Shown piece by piece: positions 13,546 through 25,075 of a DNA stretch of 64,000 bases (its first letter is position 1; the number at the start of each line of letters is the position of its first letter). The DNA lies in NCBI RefSeq assembly GCF_964355755.1, contig NC_092670.1, forward strand, positions 7,554,201 to 7,618,200. The letters run 5' to 3'. The translations under genes were made by a program, and so were the position numbers. The notes beneath the pieces are model-generated. The model did no database searches. It was not told the origin of the DNA and saw only the letters and a list, made by a program, of their open reading frames with translations. This DNA comes from Antedon mediterranea. Lineage: Eukaryota; Animalia; Echinodermata.

Positions 13546-15059
13546 CACCGATATGCTTAACCATATAAAAGTATTTTAATCATTGTATAATGTTATAAAA
13601 GTGTTGTGGTAACAACCGCTATAACACATTTGTAAATTGTAAAATACAGTCATTTATAATCAATCAAGACAATTAGATTGTATTCGAAAAAATTGTTCAA
13701 AATACATTTTTTGAAACAAATATTTGTCTTTATTCCAAATGAGGAATTACTTAGTGATTATAAAGCAAATAGTTTTCAAAACAATTTATTCATTAATTTA
13801 TTATTTATTGTAATATAACACTTTCTTTAGTGTAAATTATGTAATTAACTTTTTCAATGTGTTTTTTTTTTGTGTGTGTGTTTGTGATTTTTTAATGTTT
13901 CATTATGTACAAAGCTTCTTCTATCCTCAACATTTTTAATGTGTGCTATTTTGCAATTTATATTTATTTTATTTATACCAATTTAGATTAAATTATGCTT
14001 AGATATTTATGTTTACTTAATTTTTAGAATGGTGCAGCTCCAAGATACTCATTTGTAGCTCTATAAGTAGAAAGTCTATATGAACGAATGATTTGTTTAA
14101 TGTACTAAGCTGACTTGCTGTATAACCATCACATTCTGGGGTATAGCCTACTATATACAATACAGTTAAGGGCATCAAACGCCTTAACTCCTTGCTAATA
14201 CTACTGTAATAATGTTGATATTAGCACAAACTCTAAATACTGTAAGTTTTCATGAATAGTTTCCAAGCAAAATGTAACGATGAATGATAAACACAAATCA
14301 ATGAGAGAATGGTGCTTGTATTAATATTTAGAAACAAATAAAACATGATTTAGACTGAGAGCCCTGCAGCATTTGTGATCCCACCTTCCCCCCCCCCCCA
14401 ACCTTTATTTCAAAATCCTGGATCTGCCATTGTGTATAGTACAGTAAATAGAGTTATCGTATCTAAGATGATAGGTTGTACAATTATTAGATTTATGCTA
14501 ATTCCCACCACCTTCCTCTTTTTGTAGGTAAGATTTCACCAATGCTATGCATAGTTTGTTGTACAGGTATTTTGATATTATTTTCAGAATGGACCAAAAT
14601 TGTGTAAAAGATGGACCATTTTAAACAACTTTAAAAGAATAATAAGAATAAGCCATATTTATTAATTTTCTGTTACTATGTTACAGTATTTTACCATAAC
14701 ATTACATGTAAGAAAATGTTTTAATTATTTTTCTCCTATCTAGTTAAGGCAGAAATTTATTTAGCCGATTACTACGTTTGGTCTAGTGGTATAACTGGAA
14801 CGAGATCCACTGGAACTAGAGCCCTGGTTCCGATGCTTTAGATGCTTACAGTCCACAATTATTTTGATTTAATTCCAAGGTATAATGAACATTTGTTTTA
14901 AATGCTTAATCACATGTTTGCACATAGGATTATAATAAACAATTCGTTGTTTATAGAAGGTGGATACATTATTATAGACATGGCAGGTGGGATAATCACA
15001 GACAAAAATCTCTTATAAATAAAATATATGTGTAGAAAACACATACTACACACATGTAC

Positions 15060-15270
15060 AGTTGCAGCTAAAATATGGTAGCATTTATTATATATTGGTA
15101 TGTGTACACAGAAGGAATACAAAAGTGCTAAAAACTCTATACATATGTATATTGCAGCTAAAAAAATGGTAGCATTTGTATTATATAATGGTATGTGTGC
15201 ACAAAAGGAATACAAACGTGTGCTAAAAACTGTATGTGCTATTTTTGCAAGAAACACATATGTTGCAGCT
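15060..15270. repeat. Tandem duplication of an approximately 90-bp unit
   Basis: ttgcagctaaaa..tggtagcattt..tggtatgtgt.caca.aaggaatacaaa.gtgctaaaaact occurs twice, plus a partial third start. Confidence 0.8.
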
Positions 15271-17589
15271 TTAGATTAAACATCTCACAATTAAGTGCAA
15301 AGATCAATGTTTATTATTAGTTCATTTAAGTTTTAGTATTTTGCAATTATTTTTTTTATCAAATTTACTAATTTATATTATAATCTTTTTCAGTTTTACA
15401 TATGAATCAATATTATATATTTATCTGATGTGTTTTTATCATTTTGTTTTATTTAGTTTAACATTATTATTTTTAAATGGTGCTGTCATGATAAGTGTAA
15501 ACTGTGTGTGCTTACATTTATGCTCATTTTGTACTTCGTGTGTATTTAGTTTTAAGTTTGAACATAATGTGGACATTGATCTCAATTTGCTACAATATAT
15601 TATCCCCCACCACACAATTAATAGAAAACTCTAGGTGCTCTAAATCAGGACCATCATCAATATGTGTATTATGCTATATCATTTTGAATCTGTTTGAATT
15701 CTATTCTTATTTGTTTTTTTATCCAAACATTGTACGTATAAACCCACCTTATAGTGGAACTCCTACCCAATCTATCTCCAATTTTGGAATAAATATTATC
15801 GCCTTCACAGAGATGATTTCTCTCCTTGGTAGGGAAGCCAAATGTACACCAGTACAATACTACCATACATTAATAGTCAGGGATAAGCCCATCCCTACTT
15901 TACAATTTAATAATCAATGTTGGGTTTATACTTAAGTTTGTTTAATTCATAAGTTTACTTGTTCAACTCGATCGCTTTTAGTATTAAGTTAATTTTATAG
16001 TTTTTATTTTGCATCCCGCATTTTTTTGTTTACTTTCATAGCATGTGTAATTTAGTGAGGTGCATGGCGTGGCCTCAGCTCATCATTAGTGCAATCTTCA
16101 AAGAGTGTCTGTGTTTTTAAGTCTAATCTCATTGTAAATATAAAAAGGACAAATTGAAACCGTGAAATTAATATAAGTCTAAATTCATGATTGAAGAACT
16201 ATAATATGTTTACAGTAAAAGTTGGTGTAACTTTGAAAATTGGACATCAGAAGAATCATACAATTTACAAAGTTCTTCATTTTCTGTAAAAATCAGAAAT
16301 AATGTATTCACTGTGCTTTACCCTCCGATAATGAGTAGTAACTAAATTGGTCTTTCATTTCAATATTACTATGGGATTAGTTACATTATCTGGATATCCA
16401 TTAGAAGATCAGCTTATGTTGTCTGGATATTGTGATTTAGTTAAATTTCTTGAATCTCTTTGATAAGCTTAGTTAATTTAACAAAATATTGGGATCATAC
16501 TGGCAATAGGGCATCATCGCATGTTGTGGTAACAGAACCGCTCTATAATGGTTATTGGATAAACTTGAATTAGTATACTTGTTTTATGAAATGTAAACAT
16601 TCTATTTTAAAATTGGTTTTGCCACAACATGCCTTATTTGACAATTCCCATGTACAATATACATCTTCAAATGTTATCAAATCTGTCCTATTACAGAGCA
16701 TCATTATTATTTACGTGACCCATAGGTCAGTCTGTAGGGTTTGCTACTTAACTCTAAGCCGTAGTAAACATTGAAAGAATTAAACATGTATATATCTATT
16801 GTTAACTATCTATTTGAATGTAATACGTATCTCTTGGATGTAGCATAGAGCTGTATGCTTGTATAATCTACTGTAATGTAGAGTGTTTGTCTCCAATATT
16901 TAAACATTGTGTGAATGATTAAAGTAATGTTGTGTGGAAAGTTCTGTGTTTTGAATACATATTAGGTGACATCACCTTAAAAGAAGTATTGTAGTTTTGA
17001 GTCTCATTCTTTGTGATTGTGCTGTGATTAACAATACCTAACAACATGCCATTCTATTTTATTATGGAGAAATAGACACGGTACAATTTCCCTATACTAT
17101 TTGCGTTATGCCGTGCTGATCTATTTAAGAATGATACGGTACGTCATATGGTATCGATAAACGCTAAATATCAAGGTACTATAAAAAGCGGACCATTTAA
17201 ATAATATATAAATAAACAATTTTATTTTACAATACTTTATTTAGCTATTAGGCCTATAGTGTTAGTTTCCATGTTTAACAATACATCCTGCACACAAAAC
17301 GTATCAAATAGAAATTCAGCAAAAGACTATACTACTACCTCGCCTGATGTAATGGCACTGTTTAAGATGACAAGGTGTGCCAAAACAGGTGACCTGACTT
17401 CTATCTCCAATATGAAATGGTTTATTGCGTCACAAACAACCCATTCATACACATATTCAGTTATTTGACAAGAATAACTGGGGCCCGCACTAGAAGCAAG
17501 CCTGTCTTGCTTAATACTTTCAGAATCGACGACGAAGAGCCATTTTAATATTTTAAATTTTCCAATTCAGTTGTAGAAACGTCTGAAAA

Positions 17590-18130
17590 ATACACATAAT
17601 GGTGGGGATATCGTTGACCAAACTGCTGTGTATATAGGAATAGAGAAGGAATATGTTGTACGCTGGATTAAAACTTGAATAGAAATTACCAGAGGTGAAC
17701 ATATATTGGCATTAGACGATAAAACATAGCGTTAGTGAAGATCGTTTATTTATTCGTGAAATAAAAAAAGCACAGAAAAGTGACGAAAGAACGTTATTCT
17801 CTCTTAGAGTTCACGAATAACATCTCCGATATTAATGTTTTCTTAGCTATGATAAAACGCTGCTGCACCAAATTCACCGGGACAAAATTACATACAAAGA
17901 TACTATGTTTTGTTATTGATTGATTGATTATGAAAATGAATACATACTGATGCAAAGTTTATGTTTGAGTTCGATTATAAAACAAGTTTAGTGTTTCTTG
18001 AGGGGCTTAATCGTTGGCTTTGCAACAAACTGGGATAACAAAAGAGACAACGATACTGTAATCATTGTAGTAAATAATAAATGCAAATATAACAAAAATA
18101 ATGTTTTGATAACCTCATTGTTTACCTACG
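17590..18130 (+). pseudogene. Decayed immunoglobulin-domain exon remnant (copy 1)
   Basis: Translation across stops and frameshifts: DQTAVYIGIEKEYVVRWIKT*IEITRGEHILALDDK..RLFIREIKKAQKSDERT; nucleotide homology to 19040-19250 and 24010-24270. Confidence 0.55.
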
Positions 18131-18233
18131 ATTAAATTATTCCGTACATACAACCATTTGGGTGTAGGCCTATTTTAAATAATAGTTTATGAACCGTAGC
18201 CTACTGGAGGTGTTGTTTCAGGTATAATTTGGA

Positions 18234-18447
18234 ACAATTCATCAATTGGTTTATTATTAATGTAGATAATATATATCATTAAAACACTGGTGGTAATTGA
18301 ATACAATTCATCAATTGGTTGATGATTAATGTAGATACATATTATATCAATAAAACACTGGTGGTAATTGAATACAATTCATCAATTTGGTTGATGATTA
18401 ATGTACTGTAGATACATAATATATCACTAAAACACTGGTGGTAATTG
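18234..18447. repeat. Tandem repeat, 3 x about 70 bp
   Basis: acaattcatcaattggtt...aaaacactggtggtaattg occurs three times. Confidence 0.95.
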
Positions 18448-18989
18448 TATAGTGGTCAGATATTCTTTTGAATCTTATACTTCTAATTTCTTATTTATTT
18501 TGTTGGCATACTTTTGCTTTGTTTTTATTTATTATACTGTATATACTTTTTGAATTATTTTTTTCTGGTGGAACTAACCTTAAAGCCATTTGGGCTTATA
18601 TGTTTCTCCAGCATAATTGAAGTGCATTCTACTTTTTAAAAAACTGTCATGTTATTTCACAATGATGTATCTTATGAAAATAAAATTGAATTTACATGAT
18701 TCATTTATTTTTGTTTACAGTTTATTTGATTTGTTTTTTCTACCATGGGTTTAGTTCTACGCTCATCATTTATTATCTGTGTTTTGTTATGTTTTGCTTT
18801 CATTATTTTCCTCATTTGTTTAATTTCGGTACCATCACAGACGAGAGTTTGGCCCACTACAAAATAAACATCCCATATTATAATAGGATTCGCTCATAGG
18901 CATACATTATTTTAATCATTTCTTTCTTTCTGTTAAACATTTTTTTTATCTAATTTAGGAATTTCTAAACAGCATATATGATGTTGGAA

Positions 18990-19260
18990 ATAGTTTCAGA
19001 GTTTGGACCACATTGTACTTTTTCTGGATCATACGTTCTTTTAACGTGTCATGTTAAAGGAATAGAGAAGTAGTCGGCTGGATTAAAGGTGGAACAACCG
19101 AGATTACCAGGTGAAGAGATGTTGACATCAGACGTACCGGTACATTAATAAACGTTTACTACCTGAAGTTGGTAAAGATTGCCAGTGCTTTATTCTTGTG
19201 ATTAAAGAACCAAATCAAGTTGATGGAATGTATTATAGAGTTTACAAAAAAGACTGTGAT
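18990..19260 (+). pseudogene. Decayed immunoglobulin-domain exon remnant (copy 2)
   Basis: With frameshifts: SGSYVLLTCHVKGIEK/VVGWIKGGTTEITR/GEEMLTSD/RY...FILVIKEPNQVDGMYYRV, matching the Ig B-strand Cys, C-strand Trp, E-strand LxI and F-strand DG-Y pattern. Confidence 0.6.
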
Positions 19261-19510
19261 GAAACTGTAGGCATACATCAAATTACATAATCTATGTGCA
19301 CTACTAGATTACAATCTGATAATGGATTACACCTAATGACGAAGCAAACCGTGCTTATCTGTCTCGCTATAGTAAAATGTACATGGACACCCAATTGTTT
19401 TTGCATTGAAACAGCATGTTTACTTTAATTATATAAAACAAAATTAGACTATTTAGTTTCCTCAATATTTTGAAATGATATGTGATTTGAAATATATATT
19501 TAGAAATGAT

Positions 19511-19625
19511 ATAAATCAAAGAGCTGCATAGACAGGGCACAGAAAACAATTAAGATACAAATAAGTTAAAACTGCCTGAGCAACATCATTACGACATGTT
19601 TCGGGCATAGCCCATTATCAGGTGA
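19511..19625 (-). mobile_element. Penelope-like pLTR remnant with a mutated hammerhead (CUGAUAA)
   Basis: Homologous to 21036-21153; minus strand CUGAUAA-U-GGGC-UAU-GCCC-GAAA-CAUG-UC at 19590-19624. Confidence 0.75.
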
Positions 19626-20460
19626 TTATATTAGATGTGATATAAAGTTGTATCGCCAATCTGCAATCTGGTTGACCTTCAAGTCGCTCGACGGACACGC
19701 AATATAATTTTCCTATCCTTTTTATAGGCTTCTAAAATCCATTAAATCATACAAAAAAAAGTTTCTGACGTCATTTCTCAATCAATAATTGTGAAATTTT
19801 GTAATTGTATATTCCGAATTTATTATTGTAGTTTTTATAGATTTCATTTTAATATTTTTTATTGTAATACAAACATTATTAGCTATGTGCTATTGTTTTT
19901 GTAATTTTATATATACCGTAATAAATAAAATAAAATAAATAAAATAAAATAGAAATAAGTTTTATATCATTTTCATGAATATTCATTTATAAATCTAAAT
20001 CTATTTCAACTTATGAAATCACATTGGCAGTTTTTAATCTATATGTTGGCACACCATGAGTCGCACTGTAAAACAAAAATTAAAAACTTGATTTCCAACG
20101 AGATAACACACATTTATGTGATGTGATTTATGAAATAATATGAAGCTTCCATTTCTACACATTTTACTGTTTCAAGCAGGTAAATCCGACGATTATTAGC
20201 GGAAAAACTTTAAAAAACCTGCTAAAAATCGTGATTTCTGCACAATTTAACCTCGTTTCAAGATGTATAAATAAATAAATTTAATATGCGTCATCGCCAC
20301 AAATGTAAACATTTATTTCTATCAGATGACCATTTGATCCCTGCATTATATAACTCTGTATCGAACCTGTAATCTGTCCAGTCATTATTAGAACTCACTT
20401 GGCTCTGTGCTCTGCTCTGCATATAACCATAAAGATTCGTAGAGACAAGTGACGATCCAA

Positions 20461-22286
20461 ATGGAAAGAAGACTAGTGCGTGTGTATTTGTGTGGAGCGC
20501 ACAGTACCGGGAAAACAACGCTTCTTGGTGACGTTTGCAAAGAATTACCGGAGATCAAAAAGGAAGCCGAAATTGCAAGACAGGTACTGGAGGGGATGAG
20601 TCTAGAGGATAGACGCACCGCTATTGACTTCCGCAACCAACCCGAAAAGTGTGAAAAATTCCTGGTAAAAATATACAATATTTTATTTAAATACAGCGTG
20701 TATTATTCATTGTAATCCTCCTGTCATTTATGTTATTAAACGTATATTAAACGTAATATCCGATCATAAAGCTATTTGAAAAAATTCACAAAACAGTGGG
20801 TGGGGCAGTGTGATTGTATTAAACAGGGCCTAAATCATATCATTAAGTATAAGATATATATATATATACGTCCCTGAGCCTAACGTTTTATATTTCCTTT
20901 TTAGAAACATATAGGCCTACACTGAGAGTGTACCGCAACTAATTTGTAGTGTAGTATCCCCGGTAGTATCAGTAAGATTTACATAGCAGCTTATTTCATA
21001 ACTGCAAACATTATTTCCTATATATATATATATATATAAATCAAAGAGCTGCATAGGCAGGATATAGAAAAAAATCAAGATCAAATAAGTTAAAACTGCC
21101 TCAATATAGATTTATTTTAACGACATGTTTCGGGCATAGCCCATCATCAGGTGAAAAGAATTGTAACAAAGGATAACATATGACTTATATATGTTATCCT
21201 TTGTTACAATTCTTTTCACCTGATGATGGGCTATGCCCGAAACATGTCGTTAAAATAAATCTATATATATATATATATATATATATTTAAATCGTTCATT
21301 GTAAAACGAGTAGAACTGAAATTGGGACTATTAAGTGGAAATTCTATGGTACGGTCTCCTTAAGTTTCGACACTGCACAATTTCAATTCGCCCTCCCTCC
21401 AACCCTAAAACTTATACTCGACATTCCCCAATTCTGAATGGGTCGTTTATAACCGTATAGGGTCATAATTTTGTTTGTATCCATTATTATTCATAATAGT
21501 GACTTATTTTTTTGTAGCGATTGGTATTGGAATCTCAATGCGAGGTCGACCGTAAAAACGCATTGAATGAAGATTTAATAGAGGGATATATCGCAGACAG
21601 AGCTGGAATTGATCCTTTAGTGTACGCTGCATCATACCTTGGTGACAAGGTGAAAGACTCCCTGCTGTCACTACCAGTTACTCAAGAATGTATCAAAAGG
21701 TACGTGTGAACGCAAATGATTACATTCAACAACCGCGTAGATATCTATGTGATCGTGTGAACGTGCATCAATCGACTTAAAACCTGGTTTCCACTAGAAC
21801 GCAAATAAGCGCAACGCAAGTGAGTTGACCAATCACAAGCGACACGTTCAGAATGATGATCCATCAACTTGTGATTTGATCAACTCATGACTTACGTTGC
21901 ATTTACGTTATTTTAGTGGGAACCAAACCTAAGGGCGTAGGCTTACTGATGCCTCCATGAGGCAAATAAGAGAGGACCATTGGCGACTTACTCGAAATAT
22001 ACCTAATAACGTTTTTAATTGTTCTCTCTTTAAATGGTTTGTTTTCCTCTTTTTTAGGTATAAAAATGATAAAAACGCCTTAATATTTGTCGTGCATCCT
22101 CATAAAGAATGTATGAAGGAAGACGGTATCAGACCTACACCTGTATGGAACGAACTAACGCGATATACAGAAATATTAACTCAGCTTCTCGACCATCTAC
22201 AAATTAATTACATCCCAATAACCGTCCTGGACCGCACTGAACGATGTCAAATTGTTGTGAACCAAATACAAGAGAAACTGTCTTAA
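20461..22286 (+). CDS. AAA_28 (NadR/Ttd14-like) P-loop NTPase / nucleotide-kinase-like protein, 204 aa, 3 exons
   Basis: Exons 20461-20664, 21518-21699 and 22058-22286 splice in frame (615 nt). Motifs: VYLCGAHSTGKTTL (Walker A), EIAR, IADRAGIDPLVY, EDGIR. Confidence 0.88.
21115..21157 (-). ncRNA. Minimal type I hammerhead ribozyme motif (left arm of foldback)
   Basis: Exact reverse complement of the 21213-21255 motif. Confidence 0.8.
21213..21255 (+). ncRNA. Minimal type I hammerhead ribozyme motif (right arm, sense to host gene)
   Basis: uuuucac-CUGAUGA-U-GGGC-UAU-GCCC-GAAA-CAUG-UC-guuaaaa: intact core, GUC cleavage triplet (predicted cut after 21248), palindromic ACAUGU stem III, stem I 6 of 7 paired. 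Confidence 0.82.
21781..21929. mobile_element. Harbinger-type MITE in AAA_28 intron 2
   Basis: TIR tggtttccacta/tagtgggaacca, internal inverted gagttgaccaatcacaag/cttgtgatttgatcaactc, TAA flanks. Confidence 0.65.
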
Positions 22287-22545
22287 GAAGATTATTAAAA
22301 CCATAATAATATATTTCAATTACATATTCAATACAAAATATTATATTTTTAAACAAAAATTATATGAATTAAGCTTTTACACGCAAGGTTGAGTCAAGAG
22401 TTAGGCATTATTTTTAAATTAATAATAATCAATTAAGCAATTATTATTAGCTAGAATATGAACGTATACGGGTAGCTTTTTACGCAAGGTAATGGGCCAA
22501 AATGTACAAATAATTATAATAAATTATTATATTTTAATTATAACT

Positions 22546-22872
22546 AGAGTAGAACCCCTTAGACTGGTACACACACTCATTCGAGACACCCATTAAATTA
22601 AGGGGACACTCAGTGACTTGAACAAAGCCCAATACTGTATACTGTATATTAACATAAAGGGAACAAGGAGGCTTTCGCGATGGTGTCCCCCTTTAAGCGT
22701 GGTTTCCAGTAGAAAACGCAAATGCAGCGACGTATTATGGGCGCAAAGTACTGTATTGCATAATCACAAGTGGGAACCGACGACGCAACAGTATACCGTA
22801 CCGTACTGTATTAACATAAATTAAGGGAACATGGAGGCTTTAGCGATGGTGTTCCTTTAGGGCTTCTCTGTA
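22546..22872. mobile_element. Tc1/pogo-like MITE remnant with internal duplication
   Basis: Ends tagagtagaacccct...agggcttctctgta; ggggacac/gtgtcccc motifs shared with 40520-40740 and 47710-47970; about 55-bp internal duplication (22632-22692, 22803-22857). Confidence 0.5.
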
Positions 22873-23989
22873 TAATTAAATATAGTTAATTACACTACTA
22901 CAGTACTAGTAATAGGCCTAAGTTATTACTATAGCTTTTAACAAAGATACAAATTGCAATACTTATTTTCTCATTATATAATTACTTAAAATGTTATTAT
23001 AAATGTATAATCAATCTTTCAACAAATTAATGTATATTATTTTATAATTAAAAAATGTTTATTCTTATAATAATTATTCTGAGCTCTGATTGGTTGTATT
23101 TTTTGCGTCGCAAAAAAGAGGCATGATTAAAAAAAAAGTAAGGTATACTACGACTCTTATACCACGGTATCGGTAATAAAAATATAGAATCTATGTTATT
23201 CATGACCATTTCCACATAACGACGCGGTCTTGAGTGCATGGGCGGTTTCCGTCAGGATAGATAAATACTAGGTAGGCTATTATGTTATCAATTATTTTCT
23301 GTAAATCATTTGCATGGTGCGAGGTCAGCAGGTAGGGTTTTCTGTACTTTGAGACAATGTTATCGCCAGAGTTTATTCACGGTGTTTAATGTGTGACTTG
23401 CACATAATTATAAACCAACCTTAACCAAAGCTGCTGATTAACGTTGTAAAAACAACATTACTAAAAATAACACATACAACCATTGAACTATAATATAAAA
23501 CATTGCCACCCACCAGCACATACTATATAAATAAATTTAAATAAATAATAAATAAATTCCTGCCGTTTGATTGGACGATTGTGGGTCACATGGCGTTTGG
23601 AAAATGAAATACAACAGCACCACCTATTTTGTACTTTCGCCGCGAAGATTGAATGTTTATGAATAGTCTGGGTTCCAGACGGAGTTTTGTCTTAATATTA
23701 GTAAAATGATAAATATTTTGGCACATATGGCGTTTCATACGTATACTACTTGATTTTGGATTTTCAGACAAAAATCGCGGTCGAAATAAAAACAAATAAA
23801 TAAAAAAAGATAATACAGACTTGGGGTAAGTCTAGTTTATGAATTGAATTTTCCACGATGGAAGTAAACTTTTTGAGCGATAAATATGTACTAATTAAGA
23901 TCAAAAAGGCATTTGAATTAGTTTAGATCGTTTTTAGGCTAGGATGTTGATTAATTAATGGAAACATTTCTACAATTCAAGACGAGGAA

Positions 23990-24270
23990 TAGTTGGAAAA
24001 AATATAATTAGTATGATGAAGGAACGTATTCATTTATATAGGAAAGGCATCTGAGATATTGATGCAGTGTGTGTTTGTCGAGTTTGAGTAGGCCTATTTA
24101 AATCACATTTAGTTCCTTGCATGAAGGGTTCATTGGGCGCACTTTGCAACAAACTGGATTTTTAACAAAAGAAAGAACTATAAATCATTGTAGTAATAAT
24201 AAATGTAATTCAACAAAAATAATGTTTTAACAATCTCAATCTTCACCAGATAATATTCCGTGCGCGTTAT
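23990..24270 (+). pseudogene. Decayed Ig-domain remnant (copy 3) with downstream paralogous sequence
   Basis: Encodes YDEGTYSF (Ig F strand); gatgaaggaacgtattc, catctgagatattgatg, ctttgcaacaaactgg and aatcattgtagtaa..aacaaaaataatgtttt all align with 17780-18120. Confidence 0.5.
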
Positions 24271-24964
24271 TTCAACAATATTTTACGATGGTGGTCCATC
24301 CAGCCGAAGCTGATAATTAGGGACCCTCACAAAAATACAACATGACATTAGACATTAAACTCATGCAACAATTAAAATTAAATTAAAATAAATAGAATTT
24401 ATAAAGATAAAACACAATAAAATAAAGCACAAAATAATTAGAATAATTAGATAAATATAATAATAAGAAATTACGATCCAGCTTTACCAGATAAACTTAT
24501 CTGTTTACTAAATAGTATGTGCCTGGTCTGCTGATGTGGTAAGGTATGAACAGGATAATTGTTGTATCGTATCGTAAGAAGGAACTTGAACAACTTGGTT
24601 GTAATTTTTGTTTACAGAGCGTCCTCTATTTACTTATACTGGTTAAGTTAGTTTAGCCGTGATTATTGAAGCATAACAGAAGTTACACACTCTCACAGTA
24701 TGCACACACAGTACGCTTCTTCACCGTACCACAAAAGAATAATTTTGAGGCCTACATAAACAAAGAATTATTCTTTGCTATACATTATTCTGATGTATTC
24801 TTTTTGACATCACCACCACTGCTGTCCAGACGATAACTTTTTTGTGTGTGCAATTTACTTCGGTGTTATCGAAATTTAAGTACACTGTATGTCAAGGTTA
24901 CAAGGTAAGTTTACTTTCTTTAAGACTTATTCCAAGCCTCCTTCACTTCCCTGCTCTTCATGAG

Positions 24965-25075
24965 TGAGGAGGATATGGTCTGGGAGGAGAGGAGGATACT
25001 GTATGGTCTGGGAGGAGAGGAGGATATGGCCTGGGAAGAGAAAAGGATATGGCCTGAGGGTGAAGAGAGGAGGTG
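24965..25075. repeat. Purine-rich minisatellite of about 23 bp (gaggaggatatggtctgggagga)n
   Basis: Four to five diverged units visible. Confidence 0.8.

Larger units (their letters stand above)
21036..21266. mobile_element. Penelope-like pLTR foldback inserted in a (TA)n tract
   Basis: Perfect 78-bp inverted repeat (21104-21181 / 21189-21266, 7-nt loop) with a hammerhead in each arm; (TA)n on both flanks. Confidence 0.8.

Noticed and set aside
13002-13579. ORFs with HETCYMY repeats
   Set aside because: Translation of a 20-bp minisatellite.
14910-16774. Several 60-140 aa hydrophobic ORFs
   Set aside because: F/Y/I/L-rich translations of AT-rich non-coding DNA with no motifs or splice structure.
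17290-17500. Cys-rich minus-strand reading resembling a cystine-knot factor
   Set aside because: It needs a frameshift, has no splice support, and the neighbouring homology is better explained by plus-strand Ig relics.
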